From the NCBI GenBank assembly GCA_023515725.1, contig JALDTO010000107.1:1-14665 (forward strand): 14,665 nucleotides of DNA. Direction: 5' to 3'. The stretch comes from Amoeboaphelidium protococcarum X5 (lineage: Eukaryota > Fungi > Aphelidiomycota). The position numbers and the translations under genes are program-made. The notes under the pieces are model-generated. The model was given only the letters and a program-made list of their open reading frames with translations. It ran no database searches and was not told the DNA's origin. Below are positions 9,565 through 14,665 of the stretch, piece after piece (within the stretch, counting starts at the first letter, position 1; each line of letters begins with the position of its first letter).

Positions 9565-11019
9565 TCAACAACTCTCACAATCGGATGACAGCAAGTAATG
9601 TGTTTAGAAGTGATCGCGATTAGACTCTTCTTGATTAAATGTATCAACCGGGACACCAACAGGAAAGCCGCCATCACTATCACTACAGGAGTCATTCTCT
9701 TGCTCATCTGAGCTTGTCGCTGGTCCAATGAAGTCAGTCAACTATTGCACTCTCACCTCTTGATAAAGAATAGTTCCGTCTTCAGCTTCACCACACTTAA
9801 AACGTGGGATGATACGCCCAACATCCTAGGAAACATGATGTTCTTCTTCACTGCGTTCATCATTGAAATAATTATAATCATCTTCTTAATTACTAGGACG
9901 CACCCTTTTACTAGGCCTCACTTTATCAATGCTATCAGGAATAGGCTTTGAAGATCGCTTCCTAGTAGATTTCATAGACGACGACTATTTCAGCGGGGTG
10001 TAAGAGGCATTTGCAGCAAGAGGATTTGAAATACGCGACACTTGTAATTTCTACTACTCAGATGGCTTTCTTAGAAGACAGATAATGAGCGCCTTTATCA
10101 ATCGATCACCGATAGGCTCTGATGCATTGGCGCCATCCTCCTCTGTGAATGGATACGTGAATACTTCATTTCGGACCTCATTTTCAACAAAGATTTTAAA
10201 GCGCACAGAGTTGAGTAGAAAGATGGGTGCATTCAGCGTGTACAATGCGGCAAACATCTGAGCAGTTCTAGAATCTTGATACCAATGCTGATGGACAGGA
10301 AATGCAGTGCGACTTTTCAACTCTGTACCAATAAACGTAAACGAATCGCAATAATAATCTTAGAAACAAACGTCCATACAAGATTGATAATCATACTCAG
10401 GCTTGGCCATGATGCCCCCAATTCGCGTTTTGCGTTCGGCTGATGGCATTGCTGCAACTTGGAGAATTACAGCTATCCCAAATACCAGTATAGACAAAAA
10501 ATTATTGATGTTAGCCTCAGAATCAGCTTCACGCAGTTGTGTCAGAGACAATTAAATCGTTTGATTATCCTTGACCATTTACCAATAGTCAATCCAATCC
10601 TAGCGCGAAACCTTGAGCAGAGCTGCTAAACTATCAAGCCCATCATCCTCGCAGCCCAGAGGTTGAACATTTCTATACAGCGCTGGATGGAATAAAACAT
10701 GCTTTAGCTTTGATGCATGTGGAGTAACAATTACATGTGTCTATTTCTCTTAATCACGATCATCCGAACGCGAAACCAGCCTGACAGAAGGCTTTTGAAC
10801 AAATTCATGGAGCTTTATACAATGAGATTAAATTAGATCTTGCAAAGGAGTTTCAAACTTCTACCCCATATCATCATCGGAGTCATCTTCAACATAATCT
10901 AGGATATCAACGGTTGATCCAGATCTAGAGGAATTTGCCTCTATGTAAGCACTTGGCTCTACTCGAACTTATTACGGCAATGAGATATCAAGACTCTAAT
11001 TGAACGTAGGTATAGACAT
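9565..11019 (-). CDS. 484-aa REase-fold (PD-(D/E)xK-like) protein with acidic/basic disordered tail
   Basis: ATG 11019 to TGA 9565-9567 in one frame with TAR=Gln; it incorporates track ORFs 10360..10551 and 10054..10320. Motifs SEANI, SCMDVCF, GTELK and SRTAQ give the E...D...ExK...Q order of REase folds. NLS-like RKRSSK...RPSKRVRP. Confidence 0.87.
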
Positions 11020-11135
11020 TTGACGCGTAAATTAGTATTAATTAAGTACTAATAGAAATAATCAATGACTCAGAACAGAAGAAGGTTATGAGTTTGCCGC
11101 CGGTGAAATCAGTAACACAGAGAAACACCGTTTTG
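10355..11135 (+). repeat. Direct repeat copy B (partner 1..781)
   Basis: Ungapped match to window bases 1..781. Confidence 0.97.
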
Positions 11136-11169
11136 GGGATGTATAGGTTAGATCTACTCAAAAGAAAAT

Positions 11170-11274
11170 GTCGGAGTCAGAGTCGGAGTCGGAGTCAGGG
11201 GGCACATGTCGGAGCCGTCGCAAGAAATCATCGTGTCGGAGACAGGTCGCTGAAACAAATAGCTACAAGTCGCA
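11170..11274 (+). repeat. Cluster of GTCGGA/GTCGCA-type hexamer repeats
   Basis: Five tandem units GTCGGA-GTCAGA-GTCGGA-GTCGGA-GTCAGG at 11170..11199, plus dispersed units at 11208, 11217, 11235, 11246 and 11269. Confidence 0.75.
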
Positions 11275-11638
11275 ACTATTCTACTTTGCAGTAAAAGCTA
11301 GTGGTTAGAATACGGAAGCCACTGTTGTAGAATAAATCTAGTGGTACTTGGCGATGAGGTGAGGAGCGTAGTTTACAAATCCTCTGGCTAATGCAACAAC
11401 TGAGCCACCTTCTACTAAGCCTCTTCCAGCGCATCTGCCACCGACATAATTGTTATTACTATTTCCTATGCTTTATAAATACAAATTTAACAACACAACT
11501 AGCACTGTAACAGCCTATAATCGATGAACGACTATTCGCGCGCTTCCTTGTTTAGGAAAGTGAAACAACAGGATTGAGCAATGCAATTTAACTCACTGTA
11601 TTGAAGACATACTGTAATCACAATCCCAATCTCAGCTA

Positions 11639-13216
11639 TCAATCAAGATCCAAGTCAACAAATTCAACAATTCTGCCGTCCGCTTTCTCAGCCATTTCAA
11701 AGTCAATAATGCGGACGCGTCCACTACTGTCGACGGTCATATTCGCAGGTCTCAAATCTCCATGTCTATAACCAAGAGCATGGATTTTATCAAGAGACTC
11801 TTGAACATCAGCTTCGCGTTCACTACACTACTCAGTAGTCATAGATTATCCAACATTTTCCAACACGATAACCAGCAGCATACTGCATAAAGTACCGTAC
11901 GCGATAAACCGTGGAATCACCGTGCCTTGCAAAGATTCTAGAGCTTTGTACACTTCAACCTCATTATTAAACTATTCTAATGCATCTGGTTTCTTTGACA
12001 AGTCCACAGTCTTGAAAATGACTCCTACTTCATCTGCATAATTGCCTATAGCAACCGCACCAAATCTACCGCGATAAATTATATTCGTCCAATGGCAGTG
12101 AGCATTCAGATCGACTGACTAGTAATTAACTACACGAGCTTTTCTGATGAGAGCCGGACTAACGACCTTGCTGCTATGCGGTGAAGCGTGCATCCAATCA
12201 TTAGCAGAGCTCTCAATCAAAGACAGCAAGTAGATCCATGCAGCTACTAATGTGTACGGCTATCTCTAAGAACATTTGATGACAGGAGAACACTCCAACA
12301 CTGATCTCCCTTCCTGTTCAGGATCTTCAACTCTGCGAAGAAACACCGTCTCGTTAAATGTAGTAAGAACACCATAGCGGTGGCGATTTAGAGTCATGTA
12401 GACGTAGACCTACTCAACCGCTCTTATGATCTTACCTTTTTCAACCTTATCAGCAGCGTCGGTGCGCTTTTATTTCCTTTACTTCCTAGTCTCAAAGTCA
12501 ACGTATTCTTAATTGTATCTCGGAATCAAATCAACAAGACTTTTAATCGCCCAAGGAGTCTTAAATTCTACTGTTAGTTTAGATAGTGTTTTGTCTTCAT
12601 CAGATAACCAAATTCGATCTGGATCCCCCAATACTGAGCTGCCCGAAATAGGTGCAAAGCCGCAGTTGCTACCAAAATACGCGTAATCATTATGCTACGA
12701 GAGTGACCGACAGCACACAGAAAGTACTGTAAATAACGTACTATCACACAAGGCTTACACTTAAGATTCATCACGGACAGAGCTCTACATTTGCAATGGT
12801 ATATTCCTACCAAACTTCTTATCTGGTACCTGAGCCATAAAATCTACAACCCCTTAATCAAAGTCGGCCCAGACGCGTAAATCAAGCCGCGTGATATCAG
12901 GATACTTTTTGCTAACACTTGTTGTAGTTTATTAGCCACTTCTTTGAACTCCAACACGACATTCCTTAAGAGTGATATTGACAGCATCATAGACAGTCTT
13001 CAGCGCCTTATTCTGTGACTCGACAAGATACTGAAAAATGTCATGCCCACGCAAACTATATTTCTGCGTCAGCTACTCCCTAGTTAAGAAAAACCAATTT
13101 TAATAAGCCAGCAACTGCTTTTCTTCAAGCTCATTGATCAACTATTCTGGTTTAGGTTGCAGAGAGTTCAGATACTCTAAAAGGCCCTAGACTTCTTATT
13201 CATTAACCTCAGACAT
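11639..13216 (-). CDS. 525-aa CR/Crinkler-like protein: helical header + PD-(D/E)xK REase + protein kinase
   Basis: Absent from the ORF track. ATG 13216 to TGA 11639-11641 with about 22 TAR codons. REase motifs: GDPDRIW, VEFKTPW, EQVYVYM, YGVLTTF. Kinase motifs: RGRFGAV, IFK, NEVEVY, HGDLRPANM, IIDFE. Confidence 0.92.
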
Positions 13217-13608
13217 TGCTTATATTTCAACAGATAAATCAGAAAATGACGCCAAGATGGAAGAAAAGTTACTCGTGATTCGAGGGCCAAATCGAAAATT
13301 GATCTCTGTCCAATCAGTGAAGTGGAGTAAGTCACGCGTAAAAATTGTGACTGTATACGATTATAATTTTGGCTGTCATAACTAATAATATGGCAGAGCG
13401 CGTAAAATGTCATTGCACTTAAAAACAATGAATTTACGTAATGCAATATGGCGGGTCACAACTCAGCTGCAAAGTTAAAGCAATTGAGCGTCGATTGTCC
13501 CAAAAGCAGCTCAGAGCCAAATGAGTGACTTTTATTTTCTCTTCTGTTCTTCATTGCAAAGTCTTTGATTATTGTCAACGTCTTAAATGATCAAGACAAT
13601 TTATAATT

Positions 13609-14054
13609 ATGGGCGAATGGAAGTAACTGAAAATTGGTAATGGCGAAGATATCGCTGCATTTGTTAAGAATTTATCATAGTCTTAGACTGTTGCTCCTGG
13701 CGATTCCATTTCTTTGCTTGTGTAATCGGCTAGTGCGAGTGCTTTGAAGTAGGAGTTGCTCTTCAATGGATTTTAAAATTTAGAATCAGCCGACGGTACA
13801 GGCAAAGATCAGACTTTGGTAACCGCTATCCGCTCTTAAGTTTCTCAGGGTGGAGCAAGACCTTTGAAATTGGCAAGGAAGCATGTGGAGGCAAAACCTA
13901 TTACAGAAGATAATAACAATGATGATTTGATTGATGAAAGCGCGCTAATTGATGAAGCTGATTATGTAAAGCATCTGCGTATTCATTCAGAGCTAATTGT
14001 GAGACCAAGAAGAAGGCTTGTAAAGATTGCACCTGTGGACGTGCTGAAGAGGAA
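13609..14054 (+). pseudogene. DRE2: DRE2/anamorsin (CIAPIN1) homologue, frameshifted and lacking the distal Cys motif
   Basis: ATG 13609: MGEWKQLKIG...LKQELLFNGF...GGARPLKL...DDLIDESALIDEADYVK. A shifted frame then gives NCETKKKACKDCTCGRAEEE, the anamorsin first Fe-S motif. No CxxC-x7-CxxC/GDAFRC motif was seen downstream in the window. Confidence 0.8.
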
Positions 14055-14665
14055 TTGTTACGTGTAATCTCTTAGAGGGTTAAATGGCACTTTGACAATG
14101 AAATTCAATTCATCCAATCAGAATAATTCTTGCGACTGCTCATGTCGGGTAACATTCCCAGCCTGCCTCTGTTTCACCGAGAAGTGGCTTCTCTTCTTTA
14201 TTCATCTTCAAAATCATCAATCATTATAACTACCACATAAAGCCATGGATACTCAGAAAGATCAAGATAAGTTACGTGATAGTGCAAATATCTCTTCTGT
14301 ACGTGATGGTGAGGATATTACTGTCAAGGAGTTGCTCATCTAGATCCGTTAATAACAAGTTGTTATTACCGAACAAATTTTGCTTGACCATTGACAGCTA
14401 TGACTAAAATAAATATACGTAAAAAGCATCTCCGCAAGTATAAAGTGTCCACCTATGCGAACTAAGGGTCTAAAAAGGTTTTTTACTCTCAGAGTAAAGC
14501 AGTCCCTGCTGAAAAAACGCCATCCCCAGCGAACAAATTCAATGATGCTTTTGTCTGTAAGATTTTATTTTCTTTTGATATATCATGATCCAAGATATCT
14601 TTTTCGTGTAGCACCTGATCATCTGTTACGACTTAATCGCAATGCCAATTAGCCATAGCCCAATA

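Noticed and set aside
11170-11274. CRISPR array or telomeric repeat
   Set aside because: Units are only 6 nt, few and degenerate, with no repeat-spacer periodicity.
2711-13216. Treating the many in-frame TAA/TAG codons as nonsense mutations in pseudogenes
   Set aside because: Frames stay open for 400-550 codons with no TGA or frameshift, and TAR aligns with CAR in paralogues.
2280-13446. Many short track ORFs (e.g. 2280, 2623, 2636, 2859, 3654, 3917, 5234, 5704, 5736, 7405, 7818, 8037, 9525, 9745, 12574, 13177)
   Set aside because: They are antisense or alternative-frame shadows of better-supported table-6 genes.
13966-13992. Tiny intron repairing the DRE2 frameshift
   Set aside because: The 25-nt GTAAAG...TTCAG candidate gives the wrong frame. 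Only an implausible 14-nt intron would restore it.
14128-14172. SCDCSC...ACLC as the second Dre2 Cys motif
   Set aside because: Spacing does not match CxxC-x7-CxxC, GDAFRC is absent, and it is in a different frame from the first motif.
14245-14652. Short ORFs MDTQKDQDKLRD... and MRTKGLKRFF... as retroelement gag or genes
   Set aside because: Short, with no recognisable motif. No second LTR or primer-binding site is identifiable in the window.

Overview
Eukaryotic accessory region that only makes sense if TAA/TAG encode Gln and TGA is the sole stop (ciliate-type code, NCBI table 6). The supplied ORF track is therefore fragmented. An aphelid such as Amoeboaphelidium protococcarum is a plausible source, but that is inference. 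Re-read in this code, the window holds: (1) two intact genes with a helical header, a PD-(D/E)xK restriction-endonuclease-fold domain and a protein kinase, i.e. Crinkler/CR-type architecture (2711..4354 +, 11639..13216 -); (2) three paralogues of a second REase-fold family (1..665 partial -, 5034..6242 +, 9565..11019 -), two of them sharing a direct repeat of at least 781 bp; (3) a Tc1-type DD34E transposase relic; (4) two inverted decayed copies of an unknown Zn-finger gene; (5) a Fanzor/TnpB C-terminal relic followed by a structured putative omegaRNA (about 6380..6650); (6) a divergent pair of orphan genes, one with a PIP-box; (7) a broken DRE2/anamorsin copy. All translations and counts were done by hand.
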